NCBI GenBank assembly: GCA_049512815.1
Contig: JBEKWS010000016.1
Location: forward strand, 52,249-116,248
Origin: Bacteroidales bacterium
GTDB lineage: Bacteria; Bacteroidota; Bacteroidia; Bacteroidales; VadinHA17
Direction: 5' to 3'
DNA: 64,000 bases
In this document: positions 1 to 10,485 of the stretch, in pieces
Numbering within the stretch: the first letter of the stretch is position 1
How the letters are laid out: every line of letters starts with the position of its first letter
Notes under the pieces: generated by a model
What the model was told of the DNA's origin: nothing
Database searches by the model: none
The model's input: only the letters and a program-made list of their open reading frames with translations
Translations under genes and position numbers: made by a program

Positions 1-1168
1 CCTCTGATCGTACTTTAATGTTTTTATATTCACCGATCCAGTCATACTCCTTTCCTTTTAGCAGGATATCCATGAGGTCACCTCTTAATGCGTTGTCGAC
101 AAATCCATCGTTGCCATTGTTCAAAATTATTATTGAGATTTTCTGATCAGGAATCATGGTAACTTTACTGATATATCCTGGCATTCCTCCATCGTGTTCA
201 ACAATTTTTTTGCCTTTATAATCATATATAAACCAACCGAGACCATACATATAGAAATTTATTCCATGTTGTTTCTGCATATTGCTTGCACCTAGTATAG
301 TATGTGGTTCCATTATCCTGTTAAGTGAGGCTGATGAAATGATTCTATGACCTTTGAAAGTGCCGTTGTTCATCAGTAGCATGGTCCAGATACTCAATTC
401 ATCAACATTTGAATAAATTGCTGCTGCTGATTTAACAGCTTTAAAATTATAAATGTTCAGGACTTTATTGTTAAGATGTCCGAAAGCTATATCCTGATCT
501 TTCGATAGTTCATCATTCGATGGACGTGTCTGTACCATTCCGAGAGGCTTGAATATTCTTGATTCGACGAACTCCGACCAGGTCAGTCCGGTTACTTTTT
601 GAATTATATCTCCGGCTATCATAAACATAATATTCTGATAACCGAATTCAATTCCAAATCTTCTGGTAATGGGTTCGTTACGCATTCTTTTCATTACCTC
701 TGCATCTGTATATGTTGTATTGTACCATAGTAGATCGCCGAAAAAAGTACCCAGACCAGACCGGTGGCAAAGAAGATCCTCAATTGTGAGTTCCCTGGTA
801 ATGTAGTCATCAGCCAATTTAAATTCGGGAAAGTAATCAACTACTTTATCGGTCCATTTCACTTTACCTTCATCGACAAGAATACCGATTGAAACTGCGG
901 TAAACGCTTTTGAGCATGATGCAATATTAAAAAGTGAAGTTGTGTTAACGGGTTTTTTTATTTCGGCATTGCTGAATCCAAGTGCCTGATGATAAATTAT
1001 AGCAGAGTCCTTCACTACTGCAATGGCAAGTCCGGTTGGTTTGAAGACATCAAATGTTTTTTTGACTGTTCCATCAATTTTTGCAAGATCCTGTTTTGAT
1101 ACCTGGGCACTGAGTATCGAAACTGAGATCAAGATGAATACTTGAACTGAAGTAATTATTCTTTTCAT
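1..1168 (-). CDS. Serine hydrolase, beta-lactamase/AmpC-like family (3' end runs off window)
   Basis: Manual translation from ATG at 1168: signal-like MKRIITSVQVFILISVSILSAQ, FNIASCSKAF (SxxK), LLCHRSG, FGYQN (YxN), HDGG motif. Confidence 0.85.
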   Translation of the reverse strand, partial: MKRIITSVQVFILISVSILSAQVSKQDLAKIDGTVKKTFDVFKPTGLAIAVVKDSAIIYHQALGFSNAEIKKPVNTTSLFNIASCSKAFTAVSIGILVDEGKVKWTDKVVDYFPEFKLADDYITRELTIEDLLCHRSGLGTFFGDLLWYNTTYTDAEVMKRMRNEPITRRFGIEFGYQNIMFMIAGDIIQKVTGLTWSEFVESRIFKPLGMVQTRPSNDELSKDQDIAFGHLNNKVLNIYNFKAVKSAAAIYSNVDELSIWTMLLMNNGTFKGHRIISSASLNRIMEPHTILGASNMQKQHGINFYMYGLGWFIYDYKGKKIVEHDGGMPGYISKVTMIPDQKISIIILNNGNDGFVDNALRGDLMDILLKGKEYDWIGEYKNIKVRSE

Positions 1169-1301
1169 GACCTTTTTTTTGAAAGATAAAAATAAAATTC
1201 CAGTCTTGTTTTCTTCGTTTGTGATTAAATTTTTATGGTGTCTTAGTGACTACTTTTTAAATTTTCATAGTGAAAAAAATCTTTAACTGGGTCTCACAAG
1301 T

Positions 1302-1925
1302 TTATTGTAGCTTTTCGTAAAAATATGCCTCTTTTTTATCGAGGTCATCCCAGGTGTAGATCTTTTTGTCTCTGTTCAGGAAGTAAAAATTAAGCAAAGC
1401 AAAATCACCTGCACACATTGTTGTATGTGCAAACAAAAAGAGCGAAAGGCTCCATTTCCACAACCCGGGCAGAAGAAAAACCAGAAGTATAAAGGCTACA
1501 CTTATAATTAGAAAAGGTGTTAGAGCCACAATCCGGAATTGAAGCGACGTTGCGACATATCTGTGAGCTGTTACATAAAAAAGGTACTGTTTAAGATCTA
1601 TGCCAACCCTGATATTCTTTGCTCCTGAGATGTAAAAAGGTATTATGTGTAATAACTCATGTACCGGAATGCAAATCACAGGAAAAAGTATCAGTCCAAG
1701 GACAGAATGAAAAAGAATATTAGCTCTGGAGAAGTGTCCTGCAATATTTATTCTCATAATAACTGTAATGACCAGAAAAATAAGGCAAACTGACCAGAAG
1801 AAAAATGTAAGTCCTGATTTTTTCTTTAAATAATCGAGTACGAACTGAATTAAATTTTTGTAAGGAATCGTAAGAATAGGTCTGAATTTTTTCTGATCGT
1901 CAAGATCTTCCACTAAAGATGCCAT
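1302..1925 (-). CDS. Membrane putative zincin peptidase (DUF3267-like)
   Basis: HELLH motif next to hydrophobic helices, later AGDF motif. Start trimmed to in-frame ATG at 1925 (MASLVEDL) to avoid overlap with the divergent gene. Confidence 0.7.
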   Translation of the reverse strand: MASLVEDLDDQKKFRPILTIPYKNLIQFVLDYLKKKSGLTFFFWSVCLIFLVITVIMRINIAGHFSRANILFHSVLGLILFPVICIPVHELLHIIPFYISGAKNIRVGIDLKQYLFYVTAHRYVATSLQFRIVALTPFLIISVAFILLVFLLPGLWKWSLSLFLFAHTTMCAGDFALLNFYFLNRDKKIYTWDDLDKKEAYFYEKLQ

Positions 1926-2070
1926 AAAAATACTTTTAACAAATTTACTTTTTAAAACATGTAATACAAACAAGAAGTATGGTTTTCCTTGTTCCCCTGA
2001 GTATAAAAGCACCTCCATGGTTAATAAGATGTGGCCTGGAATTTGATACATTTGCAAAAACGATCTGCTT

Positions 2071-2685
2071 GTGAGACTAATATCTTCAATATTGGTAATT
2101 TTTCTTTTTGTGACTGACATATCAGGACAAACTGATTCATTAAAACAGAAGAACGATACTCTTCAGGGAAGGTTTTTCCTGCTACAGAAAGTGAAAAGAG
2201 ATGGAGTGACTTTACCAGAAGTTGAAATTAAAGAGGTGACAGTTGTTGCTCATCCCAGGTTTGCTAAAAAAAGCGATTTTCGTAAATACGAACGGCTCGT
2301 CTATAACCTGAAAAGAGTTTATCCTTATGCCTTATTAGTGAGGTCAAGGTTGAACCGGGTCGATGAAGCTTTGAAAAACATTAAAAGTGAAAAGGAACGG
2401 AAAGATTATATGAAGAGTGTGGAAAAGGATGTCTTTGCAAACTATGAAGGTGATATAAGGGATATGACAATTACCCAGGGTCGATTGCTTATAAAACTGA
2501 TTGACAGGGAGACACAGAATACATCATATACACTTATAAAGGAATATCGGGGAAAACTTGCTGCCGCTTTCTGGCAGGGGATAGCCCGTATTTTTGGCAC
2601 AAACCTTAAAGAAGAATATGATCCGTTTGGTGAAGATGCCCTTATTGAATTAATCATTCAGGAAATTGAAGCCGGTGGATTATAA
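2071..2685 (+). CDS. DUF4294-like Bacteroidota conserved protein
   Basis: Signal peptide; LVYNLKRVYPYA, TITQGRLLIKLIDRET, FWQGIARIFG motifs. Confidence 0.75.
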   Translation: MRLISSILVIFLFVTDISGQTDSLKQKNDTLQGRFFLLQKVKRDGVTLPEVEIKEVTVVAHPRFAKKSDFRKYERLVYNLKRVYPYALLVRSRLNRVDEALKNIKSEKERKDYMKSVEKDVFANYEGDIRDMTITQGRLLIKLIDRETQNTSYTLIKEYRGKLAAAFWQGIARIFGTNLKEEYDPFGEDALIELIIQEIEAGGL

Positions 2686-2713
2686 ATTATAATTTGAGAA
2701 GAGCCTTATTAAA

Positions 2714-3271
2714 ATGAAACGGATTTTTATTGCATTGAAAGTTGAGCCGGGAGAAACATTTTTGAATTTAATCTTATCGCTTAAGTCCGGATTAAATAGT
2801 GAAAGCATCAAATGGACAAATCCGGATAATATCCATATAACTCTTGCCTTCCTCGGCGATACTGAGGAAGAAATAATAAAGATTATAAGTTCAATGTTGA
2901 AGAATAAATGTGAAGGATCAGGTAGATTCGAACTGATTATCAAAGGATCGGGTGTTTTCAAAAATTTGAGTGATCCTCGTATAATCTGGGTCGGGATTGA
3001 GCCATCTGAAGAATTAATGCATCTTAATGGTTTTATTATGAATGGGTTAAAGGAATTGGACATCAGAATTGAGGACTGCCCCTTTAAACCTCATCTGACA
3101 ATCGGACGTATTAAACATCTTAATGATAAAGAGGCATTGAAAGCCTTGGTGGCGAAATATCAAAATTCTGAAATTCAAAAAATACCGGTCAATGAAGTTA
3201 TTCTTTATGAAAGCATCCTCCTTCAATCAGGAGCAGAATACAAACCCATAGTCAAATTTAATCTGGAGTAG
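2714..3271 (+). CDS. thpR: RNA 2',3'-cyclic phosphodiesterase (2H phosphoesterase)
   Basis: MKRIFIA start; two HxT motifs (HITLAFLG, PHLTIGR). Confidence 0.9.
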   Translation: MKRIFIALKVEPGETFLNLILSLKSGLNSESIKWTNPDNIHITLAFLGDTEEEIIKIISSMLKNKCEGSGRFELIIKGSGVFKNLSDPRIIWVGIEPSEELMHLNGFIMNGLKELDIRIEDCPFKPHLTIGRIKHLNDKEALKALVAKYQNSEIQKIPVNEVILYESILLQSGAEYKPIVKFNLE

Positions 3272-3287
3272 TCTTAGATTATATTGA

Positions 3288-3345
3288 TTCTCCCATTCTC
3301 CCTTTCTCCCGATAATTCTGTAGCCTGCAGCCTGTTGTCTGTCGC
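3288..3345. repeat. Short-period tandem repeats (8-mer TTCTCCCN x3, then 7-mer CTGYNGY x4)
   Basis: ttctccca ttctccct ttctcccg ... ctgtagc ctgcagc ctgttgt ctgtcgc. Confidence 0.6.
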
Positions 3346-3468
3346 CGTTTAAATCACTTGTGCCTTAATGATTATGGCAATAGTATAAAAGCCAATTTTC
3401 AGATCAAACCAGAGAGATCTGTTTTCAAGATAAAAAAGGTCATATTTCAACCGTTTGATCATTTTTTA

Positions 3469-3476
3469 TACTTTTG
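3469..3476 (+). promoter_or_regulatory. Bacteroidota -7 promoter element upstream of pcm
   Basis: TACTTTTG matches TAnnTTTG, about 30 nt before the ATG. Confidence 0.55.
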
Positions 3477-3507
3477 CTGGAAATAACATTTTGTTTTCGA
3501 AGATCAG

Positions 3508-4152
3508 ATGACAGATATATTTGAAGCAAAAGGCAAACGAAAAAAACTTATTGCAGAGCTCAAAAAGAAAGGGATTTCAGATGAGGAGGTTTTAAGAGCC
3601 ATAGATACCGTTCCAAGGCATCTTTTTATGGACCCTGCATTCCTCATACATGCTTATGTTGACAAGGCATTCCCAATTTCATCGGGTCAGACAATATCTC
3701 AACCTTATACAGTGGCAGTGCAAACCTCTCTGCTCAGGGTAAAAAAGAGGGATAAAATCCTGGAAATAGGAACCGGGTCGGGTTATCAGGCAGCAATACT
3801 TGCCGAGATGGGAGCAAAAGTCTATACTATTGAACGTTTCAGGGAACTTTTTCTAAAAGCTCAGAAGATATTAACTTCCCTTGGATATACTGCAGATTTT
3901 TTTTATGGGGATGGTTACGAAGGCAAGGCTCAGTATGGTCCTTTCGATGGTATTGTAATTACAGCAGCTACCCAGGAGGTCCCTCAGGCACTTCTTCAGC
4001 AACTAAAAACCGGAGGACGGTTGGTAGTACCTCTGGGTAATTCCAATTCACAGGTTATGACTGTTGTTGAAAGGACCGGGGCCGATAGCTTCGAACATTC
4101 CGAACATGGAAATTTTGTTTTTGTACCTATGCTGAAGGGTACCGTAAACTGA
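3508..4152 (+). CDS. pcm: Protein-L-isoaspartate O-methyltransferase
   Basis: VPRHLF, GQTISQPY, LEIGTGSGYQAA, FVFVPM motifs. Confidence 0.95.
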   Translation: MTDIFEAKGKRKKLIAELKKKGISDEEVLRAIDTVPRHLFMDPAFLIHAYVDKAFPISSGQTISQPYTVAVQTSLLRVKKRDKILEIGTGSGYQAAILAEMGAKVYTIERFRELFLKAQKILTSLGYTADFFYGDGYEGKAQYGPFDGIVITAATQEVPQALLQQLKTGGRLVVPLGNSNSQVMTVVERTGADSFEHSEHGNFVFVPMLKGTVN

Positions 4153-4165
4153 AAATAATTTTAAT

Positions 4166-4801
4166 ATGAAGATTTATAAGCTTGTTTTTTCCCCTATTGA
4201 GGTTAATACTTATATGCTTGTCGATCAATCTGGCGATTGTGCAATTATAGATTGCGGTTGTTATGATAAACTTGAATCTGAAAGACTTGAGAATTTTATT
4301 AAAGACAAAAATATTAATCCTGTATTACTCTTAAATACACATTGCCACCTTGATCATATTTTCGGAAATAAATTCATACTTGAAAGATATAACCTTAAGA
4401 CTTTTTACAGTGAGTATGATGAAATAAACAGGAAGAACGCAGTTCAGCATGCTATGCTTTTTGGCCTGACAATGGATAATCCACCCGAACCTGCCGGGTT
4501 CCTGTCAGACAATCAGGTAATCACATTCGGAACAACTGAACTCATTGCACTTTTTGTTCCGGGACATACTTCGGGAAGCCTTGCTTTCTACAGTGAAAAA
4601 AACGATTGCGTTTTTACGGGTGATGCTCTATTTGCGGGCAGTATTGGAAGAACGGATCTGCCTGGAGGTGATTATGATACACTTATAAAAAGCATCAACA
4701 ATAAATTGTTTGTTCTTCCACTGTCAACTGTCGTGTATCCCGGCCATGGAGATGAAACAACTATTGAAAGGGAGATGAAATCAAATCCTTATTTTACTTG
4801 A
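4166..4801 (+). CDS. MBL-fold metallo-hydrolase (glyoxalase II-like)
   Basis: THCHLDH, PGHT, FTGDALF, PGHG motifs. Confidence 0.9.
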   Translation: MKIYKLVFSPIEVNTYMLVDQSGDCAIIDCGCYDKLESERLENFIKDKNINPVLLLNTHCHLDHIFGNKFILERYNLKTFYSEYDEINRKNAVQHAMLFGLTMDNPPEPAGFLSDNQVITFGTTELIALFVPGHTSGSLAFYSEKNDCVFTGDALFAGSIGRTDLPGGDYDTLIKSINNKLFVLPLSTVVYPGHGDETTIEREMKSNPYFT

Positions 4802-4818
4802 TTTTTATCCTATTAATT

Positions 4819-4940
4819 TTGAAATCAATTGCTTATTATTATCATTCTGTTGATTTTCTTCGTTTACCCCGGCCCGAGGGGAGCGAAGAAAATCAGTTTA
4901 CTCCCTCTGGGGGTTGGGTAAATAAATTGATTTTCAAGCG
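4819..4940. repeat. Palindromic intergenic repeat (family B), related to 37652-37810
   Basis: Outer inverted arms ttgaaatcaatt/aattgattttcaa and inner gattttcttcg/cgaagaaaatc. Reverse complement of about 4890-4940 closely matches 37652-37702. Confidence 0.75.
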
Positions 4941-5005
4941 ATTTAATATAATTATATATGAATAAGCTATTAAAATATAAGTAATGATTTCATAAACTTA
5001 AATAT

Positions 5006-7891
5006 ATGCTATCAGATAAATTTGTTGACCGCCATAATGGTCCACGTGAACATGAGTTACCGCACATGCTGAAGACTATTGGTGTTAATTCGCTCGATCA
5101 GTTAATTGAAAAGACGGTTCCCAAATCGATTTTGCTTGAAAAGTCACTTAGACTTCCGGTGGCTATGAGCGAATTTGAGTATCTTAATCATATTAAAACT
5201 CTCGGACAGAAAAATAAAATGTTCCGTTCATTCATCGGGCAGGGGTATTATGGTGTTGCTCTTCTTTCAGTAATTATCCGGAATGTACTTGAAAATCCCT
5301 CGTGGTATACATCTTATACTCCTTATCAGGCCGAAATTTCGCAAGGGCGGTTGGAAGCTCTTCTGAATTTTCAGTCAATGATTATTGAACTTACCGGCAT
5401 GAAGATTGCAAATGCCTCATTACTCGATGAATCCACCGCTGCTGCAGAAGCAATGATAATGATGTTTAATGCCCGTTCGAGAGCTTCAGTGAAGGCCGGA
5501 GAAAATAGGTTTTTTGTTGATGAAGATATATTTCCCCAAACGCTCGATGTGATTAAAACGCGTTCAAAACCGCTTGGGATTGAGCTTGTTATTGGAAAAT
5601 ACACATCTATTGCTTTTAATGAATCTTTCTTTGGGTCGATGGTTCAATACCCGGCAGCTTCCGGTCAGATCAGGGATTACAAGTCATTTACTGACATGGC
5701 TCATACAGCGGGAATATTAGTGGGAGTAGCTGCTGACCTGATGAGCCTGGTAATTCTCACAGCCCCCGGTGAATGGGGAGCTGATATCGTTTTGGGCTCA
5801 AATCAGCGATTCGGGCTTCCAATGAGTTTTGGAGGACCTCATGCAGGATATTTTGCCACACGAGATGAACTTAAACGAAGTATGCCAGGTCGCATAATTG
5901 GTGTATCGGTTGATGCACAGGGAAATAGTGCGTTAAGAATGGCTTTGCAGACAAGAGAACAGCACATCAAACGGGAGAGGGCTACCTCAAATATCTGTAC
6001 TGCACAGGCACTTCTTGCTACCATGTCGGGAATGTATGCACAGTATCATGGCCCCGAAGGATTAAAAAAAATTGCAAAGCATATCCATAATGCAGCATGT
6101 ACAATAAGTTACCATCTCAAAGAGATAGGATTCAGACAACTAAATGCTATGTTTTTCGATACTATAAAGGTAAGTATTGGGGCTGGTATTTCAACCGAAA
6201 CCATTAAGGAACTGGCTCTTGGAGCAGAAATGAATTTCTATTATCCTGATGAAAAATCGGTGATTATCAGTACCGATGAGATAACGACCATAAAAGAAAT
6301 AAACACAATTGTAAATATATTTGCAAAAGCAGCAGGGAAGGAACCGGTTAATGTTAACTCTTACTGTAATTGTGAAATTCTTGAAGAAAAGTTCATTAGA
6401 AAGTCCTCTTTTTTAAAGGGGGGAACTTTTAATAAGTACCATAGCGAGACTGAGATGATGCGGTATATCAAGATGCTCGAAAGAAAGGATTTTTCGCTTA
6501 CTCACTGCATGATCTCTCTTGGTTCTTGTACGATGAAGCTTAACCCTGCAAGTTCAATGTTTGCGATGAGCTGGCCGGAATTTGGGAATATCCATCCATT
6601 CGTTCCAAAAGATCAGGCACTTGGTTATTATCAGATTATGGACGAATTAGGAGAGGCTCTTAAAGAAATAACAGGCTTTTCAGCAATCTCTTTTCAGCCT
6701 AACTCAGGAGCTGCAGGAGAGTATACCGGATTAATGGTAATTCGCAAGTATCATATGACAAGGGGAGAAGGACATAGAAATATAGTTTTGATACCATCTT
6801 CAGCACATGGTACAAACCCTGCGAGTGCCACAATGGCCGGTATGCACATAATTGTCATAGAATGTGATGAAAAAGGTAATATAAGTGTCGAAGATCTGAA
6901 GAAAAAGGCTGAAGAGCATAAAGATGACCTTGCCTGTTTCATGATCACTTATCCTTCTACACACGGTGTATTTGAAGCTGCAGTTGTAGAAATGTCGGGT
7001 ATCATACATGTAAATGGAGGACTTGTATACATGGATGGAGCAAATATGAATGCACAGGTCGGACTTACGAAACCCGGACATATTGGTGCCGATATCTGCC
7101 ATCTGAACCTTCACAAAACCTTCGCCATACCTCATGGTGGTGGTGGTCCGGGTATGGGGCCCATCCTTGCTAATGATAAACTTGCTGAGTTCCTTCCTTC
7201 CCACCACTTTGCAAAGACGGGTGGGAGTCATGGTATCACAGCTGTAGCTGGCGCCCCTTTCGGAAGCGGGCATATACTTACTATTTCTCATGCCTATGTA
7301 ATGATGATGGGTTCCCACGGATTAACTCAGGCTACAAAATATGCCATACTTAATGCTAATTATATTGCTGCATCATTAAAGGGATGGTTTAACACTCTAT
7401 ATTCCGGAACAGAAGGATTTGTAGCGCATGAGATGATACTTGATTGCAGGAATTTTAAAACAGATGCAGGTATCACTGAAGCAGATATTGCTAAAAGGTT
7501 GATGGATTATGGATTCCATGCGCCTACTCTTTCATTTCCGGTTCATGGTACTCTTATGGTGGAACCTACTGAATCAGAGTCACTTCAGGAGCTCGATAAA
7601 TTCATAAGTGCCTTGAAATCAATATGGAGTGAGATCGAGGAAATAAAAGTTGGTAAAGCAGACAGAGAGGATAATGTTTTGCATAATGCACCTCATACTG
7701 TTAAAGTTGTAACAGCAAACGAATGGAACCACATATATGATCGCCGGAAAGCTGCTTTCCCTCTTAACTGGGTCGCTGAGAATAAGTTCTGGCCTGCTGT
7801 AGGACGTATCGACGATGGTTATGGTGATCGAAATCTTGTTTGTACTTGTGATCAGATAGATTCGTACAGACAGGAGGCAATGAAGAAATAA
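5006..7891 (+). CDS. gcvP: Glycine dehydrogenase (decarboxylating), glycine cleavage P protein
   Basis: [34 protein letters not shown] (PLP lysine), 961 aa. Confidence 0.97.
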   Translation: MLSDKFVDRHNGPREHELPHMLKTIGVNSLDQLIEKTVPKSILLEKSLRLPVAMSEFEYLNHIKTLGQKNKMFRSFIGQGYYGVALLSVIIRNVLENPSWYTSYTPYQAEISQGRLEALLNFQSMIIELTGMKIANASLLDESTAAAEAMIMMFNARSRASVKAGENRFFVDEDIFPQTLDVIKTRSKPLGIELVIGKYTSIAFNESFFGSMVQYPAASGQIRDYKSFTDMAHTAGILVGVAADLMSLVILTAPGEWGADIVLGSNQRFGLPMSFGGPHAGYFATRDELKRSMPGRIIGVSVDAQGNSALRMALQTREQHIKRERATSNICTAQALLATMSGMYAQYHGPEGLKKIAKHIHNAACTISYHLKEIGFRQLNAMFFDTIKVSIGAGISTETIKELALGAEMNFYYPDEKSVIISTDEITTIKEINTIVNIFAKAAGKEPVNVNSYCNCEILEEKFIRKSSFLKGGTFNKYHSETEMMRYIKMLERKDFSLTHCMISLGSCTMKLNPASSMFAMSWPEFGNIHPFVPKDQALGYYQIMDELGEALKEITGFSAISFQPNSGAAGEYTGLMVIRKYHMTRGEGHRNIVLIPSSAHGTNPASATMAGMHIIVIECDEKGNISVEDLKKKAEEHKDDLACFMITYPSTHGVFEAAVVEMSGIIHVNGGLVYMDGANMNAQVGLTKPGHIGADICHLNLHKTFAIPHGGGGPGMGPILANDKLAEFLPSHHFAKTGGSHGITAVAGAPFGSGHILTISHAYVMMMGSHGLTQATKYAILNANYIAASLKGWFNTLYSGTEGFVAHEMILDCRNFKTDAGITEADIAKRLMDYGFHAPTLSFPVHGTLMVEPTESESLQELDKFISALKSIWSEIEEIKVGKADREDNVLHNAPHTVKVVTANEWNHIYDRRKAAFPLNWVAENKFWPAVGRIDDGYGDRNLVCTCDQIDSYRQEAMKK

Positions 7892-7942
7892 ATTATCATG
7901 TTTACTCGAGTAAATATTTTTTGGACAAGACTTTAATTTACT

Positions 7943-8986
7943 ATGCGCAATTCTTCATGGAATGATCTGGTTACCCTGATCGAAGGGAAAAAACTGAACT
8001 ATAATCCGGTAGGGTTTATTGTTGATAGCCCATGGATACCCAGCTGGTATGGGATCTCAAAAATTGATTATTATTCATCTGATGCACATTGGCTTAAATC
8101 AAACCTGAAAGCTATAAACACTTTTCCGGATGTCTGGTTTATGCCATCATTCTGGTCAGAATATGGTATGTGCACAGAACCATCAGCCTTTGGTTCACGA
8201 ATGATATTTCTCGAGAAGAGTTTTCCACATGCTGAGAAGATACTTTCAGGTATAGAAGGATCAGAATCCCTTCCTCAACCGAATGTGAAAACAGACGGAT
8301 TGTTGCCTTTTATGATAAGCCGTCTGAAAAATAATCAGGAAGCTATAATTAAAGCCGATCATCAGATCAGGTTTGCTATTGCCAGAGGCCCTCTCAATAT
8401 TGCAAGTTTCCTTATGGGAACGACAGAATTCATGATGGCAATAGCTATGGATCCCTCAGGTACACACAGGCTTCTTAAAAAAATCACAGATTTCATTTGC
8501 GACTGGTTGGCATGGCAGAAAGAATGTTTTTCGTCAATCGACGGCGTTTTGATACTTGATGATATTATTGGGTTTGTCGGGGAGTCCGAATTCATGGAAT
8601 TTGTCATTCCATACTTTAAAATAATTTTCAGTTGTACCGGTGCTAAAGTCAGGTTTCTGCATAATGACGCAGATGGATTGATAACTGCCAAATACCTCAC
8701 TGATATGGGTATAAATATGTTCAATTTCTCTTTTGAGCACACACTGGGTGAAATTCGTAAACTTGCAGGTCCCGGGGTTGTTCTTGTTGGCAACATACCC
8801 CCAAGGGATGTCCTGGCCGGCGGTTCACCTGAACAGGTTAAAGATGCAGTAAATAAGGCGTTCGGGGAAATTAGTGATTATAACAGGATTATCTGGTCAG
8901 CTGGCGGAGGTATGCCCCCTGACGTCAGCAGTATTAATATCAAAGCTTTTTTCGATGCTGTTAAAGAACAATCAAAGAACTTATAA
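7943..8986 (+). CDS. Uroporphyrinogen decarboxylase/methyltransferase superfamily protein (not canonical HemE)
   Basis: RGPLNIASFLMG, ILDD, GNIPP, WSAGGG pattern of the URO-D-like barrel; no RQAGR. Confidence 0.75.
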   Translation: MRNSSWNDLVTLIEGKKLNYNPVGFIVDSPWIPSWYGISKIDYYSSDAHWLKSNLKAINTFPDVWFMPSFWSEYGMCTEPSAFGSRMIFLEKSFPHAEKILSGIEGSESLPQPNVKTDGLLPFMISRLKNNQEAIIKADHQIRFAIARGPLNIASFLMGTTEFMMAIAMDPSGTHRLLKKITDFICDWLAWQKECFSSIDGVLILDDIIGFVGESEFMEFVIPYFKIIFSCTGAKVRFLHNDADGLITAKYLTDMGINMFNFSFEHTLGEIRKLAGPGVVLVGNIPPRDVLAGGSPEQVKDAVNKAFGEISDYNRIIWSAGGGMPPDVSSINIKAFFDAVKEQSKNL

Positions 8987-8988
8987 TT

Positions 8989-10392
8989 ATGAAAAGGTTC
9001 TTCTTATTAATCATACCCTTTATATTAGTTTTAAGCTCCTGCGGAACTAATGGCTCCAAACAACAAAAAGTCAAATCAGATACTTCAATGGAAAAAACCT
9101 ATGAGGTAAAATTGATTACGGTGGATCCGGGCCATTTTCATGCCGCTCTCGTCCAGAAAATCATGTATGATCAGGTTTCTCCCGAAGTGCATGTTTATGC
9201 ACCACAGGGTCCTGATTATCTGCAGCATCTAAATAGGATCAAATCGTACAATAGCGGAGCTGTCAATCCGACCAACTGGAATGAGATAGTATATACTGGT
9301 GCCGATTTCTTTGAAAAGATGATAGCCAATAAAGCAGGCAATGTTGTGGTGTTATCGGGGAATAACAGGAAAAAAGCTGAATATATTATGAAATCGATAA
9401 ATGCGGGTCTTAATGTTCTGGCAGATAAGCCTATGATAATCAGCCCGGAAGATTTTCCTGCACTGGAAGTTGTTTTTGCAACTGCAAAAGAAAAAGGAGT
9501 TCTGTTATATGATATAATGACTGAGAGATATGAGGTAACCACAATTCTTCAGAAACTTCTTTCGCAAAAAGCTGAAGTTTTTGGTACTTTAACAACAGGT
9601 AGTAAAGAAGAACCAGCTGTGACAAAGGTGAGTGTTCATCATTTCTCAAAGATTGTTTCAGGCAGTCCGTTGCTCCGCCCTGCCTGGTTCTTCGATATCC
9701 AGCAACAGGGTGAAGGAATTGTTGATGTAACGACACATCTTGTTGACCTTATTCAATGGGAGTGTTTCCCGGAACAAATTCTGAATCCTTCAGATATAAA
9801 CATGAAGAGCGCAAAAAGATGGCCCACTCTTATCTCAAAAGAGGAGTTTAAGGGAGTTACCGGATTGGAAAATTTCCCCGATTTTCTTCAGAAAGATGTT
9901 AAAGATGGAAAGTTGAATGTTTTCTCAAACGGAGAAATGATTTATCAGATAAAAGGGATTTTTGCCAAAGTTTCTGTTGAGTGGAAATACGAGGCTCCTC
10001 CCGGAGGTGGCGATACGCACTATTCTGTCATGCACGGAACAAAGTGTGACCTTATCATAAAGCAGGGGGCCATGGAAAAATTTCTGCCTACCCTATATAT
10101 TGAAAATATTAAAGAAACAACGATGAAAGACTTCATTTCCGGATTAAAAGATATTGTCACGACATTGCCTTATGATAGTCTTCAGATAGAATCAGTTAAT
10201 GCTACCACCCTTAAGATTAATGTTCCTAAAAAGTACAGAGTATCTCATGAAGAGCATTTTGGCCAGGTAACTGCAAAATTCCTTGAATATATGAAAGAAG
10301 GTAAATTGCCGGATTGGGAAGTGCCCGGGATGATAACCAAATACTTTACGACAACAAGTGCACTTAAAATGGCTAAGGAAAGTAGTAAATAG
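8989..10392 (+). CDS. Lipoprotein Gfo/Idh/MocA-like oxidoreductase with C-terminal oxidoreductase domain
   Basis: Lipobox VLSSC; DPGHFHAALVQK, VLADKPM, GEGIVDVTTHLVD. Confidence 0.75.
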   Translation: MKRFFLLIIPFILVLSSCGTNGSKQQKVKSDTSMEKTYEVKLITVDPGHFHAALVQKIMYDQVSPEVHVYAPQGPDYLQHLNRIKSYNSGAVNPTNWNEIVYTGADFFEKMIANKAGNVVVLSGNNRKKAEYIMKSINAGLNVLADKPMIISPEDFPALEVVFATAKEKGVLLYDIMTERYEVTTILQKLLSQKAEVFGTLTTGSKEEPAVTKVSVHHFSKIVSGSPLLRPAWFFDIQQQGEGIVDVTTHLVDLIQWECFPEQILNPSDINMKSAKRWPTLISKEEFKGVTGLENFPDFLQKDVKDGKLNVFSNGEMIYQIKGIFAKVSVEWKYEAPPGGGDTHYSVMHGTKCDLIIKQGAMEKFLPTLYIENIKETTMKDFISGLKDIVTTLPYDSLQIESVNATTLKINVPKKYRVSHEEHFGQVTAKFLEYMKEGKLPDWEVPGMITKYFTTTSALKMAKESSK

Positions 10393-10485
10393 GCACAACA
10401 GCACAACGGCACAAAGGCCCACCTGGGAGGCCATTCCGGACTATTGCACCGTTGCGCCGTTACGCCTTTGTGCATTTACGCCGTT
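10391..10485. repeat. Inverted arrays of 8-mer repeats between convergent genes
   Basis: ggcacaac agcacaac ggcacaaa ggc ... ttgcaccg ttgcgccg ttacgcct ttgtgcat ttacgccg; the right array is the approximate reverse complement of the left. Confidence 0.7.

Noticed and set aside
1926-2120. N-terminal extension of the 272-aa ORF overlapping the divergent gene
   Set aside because: Likely spurious; a downstream ATG at 1925 gives a sensible start. Similar extensions at 22998 and 61284 were also trimmed.
4802-5005. Glycine riboswitch upstream of gcvP
   Set aside because: No aptamer motifs recognised; the structure belongs to a repeat family also found at 37652.
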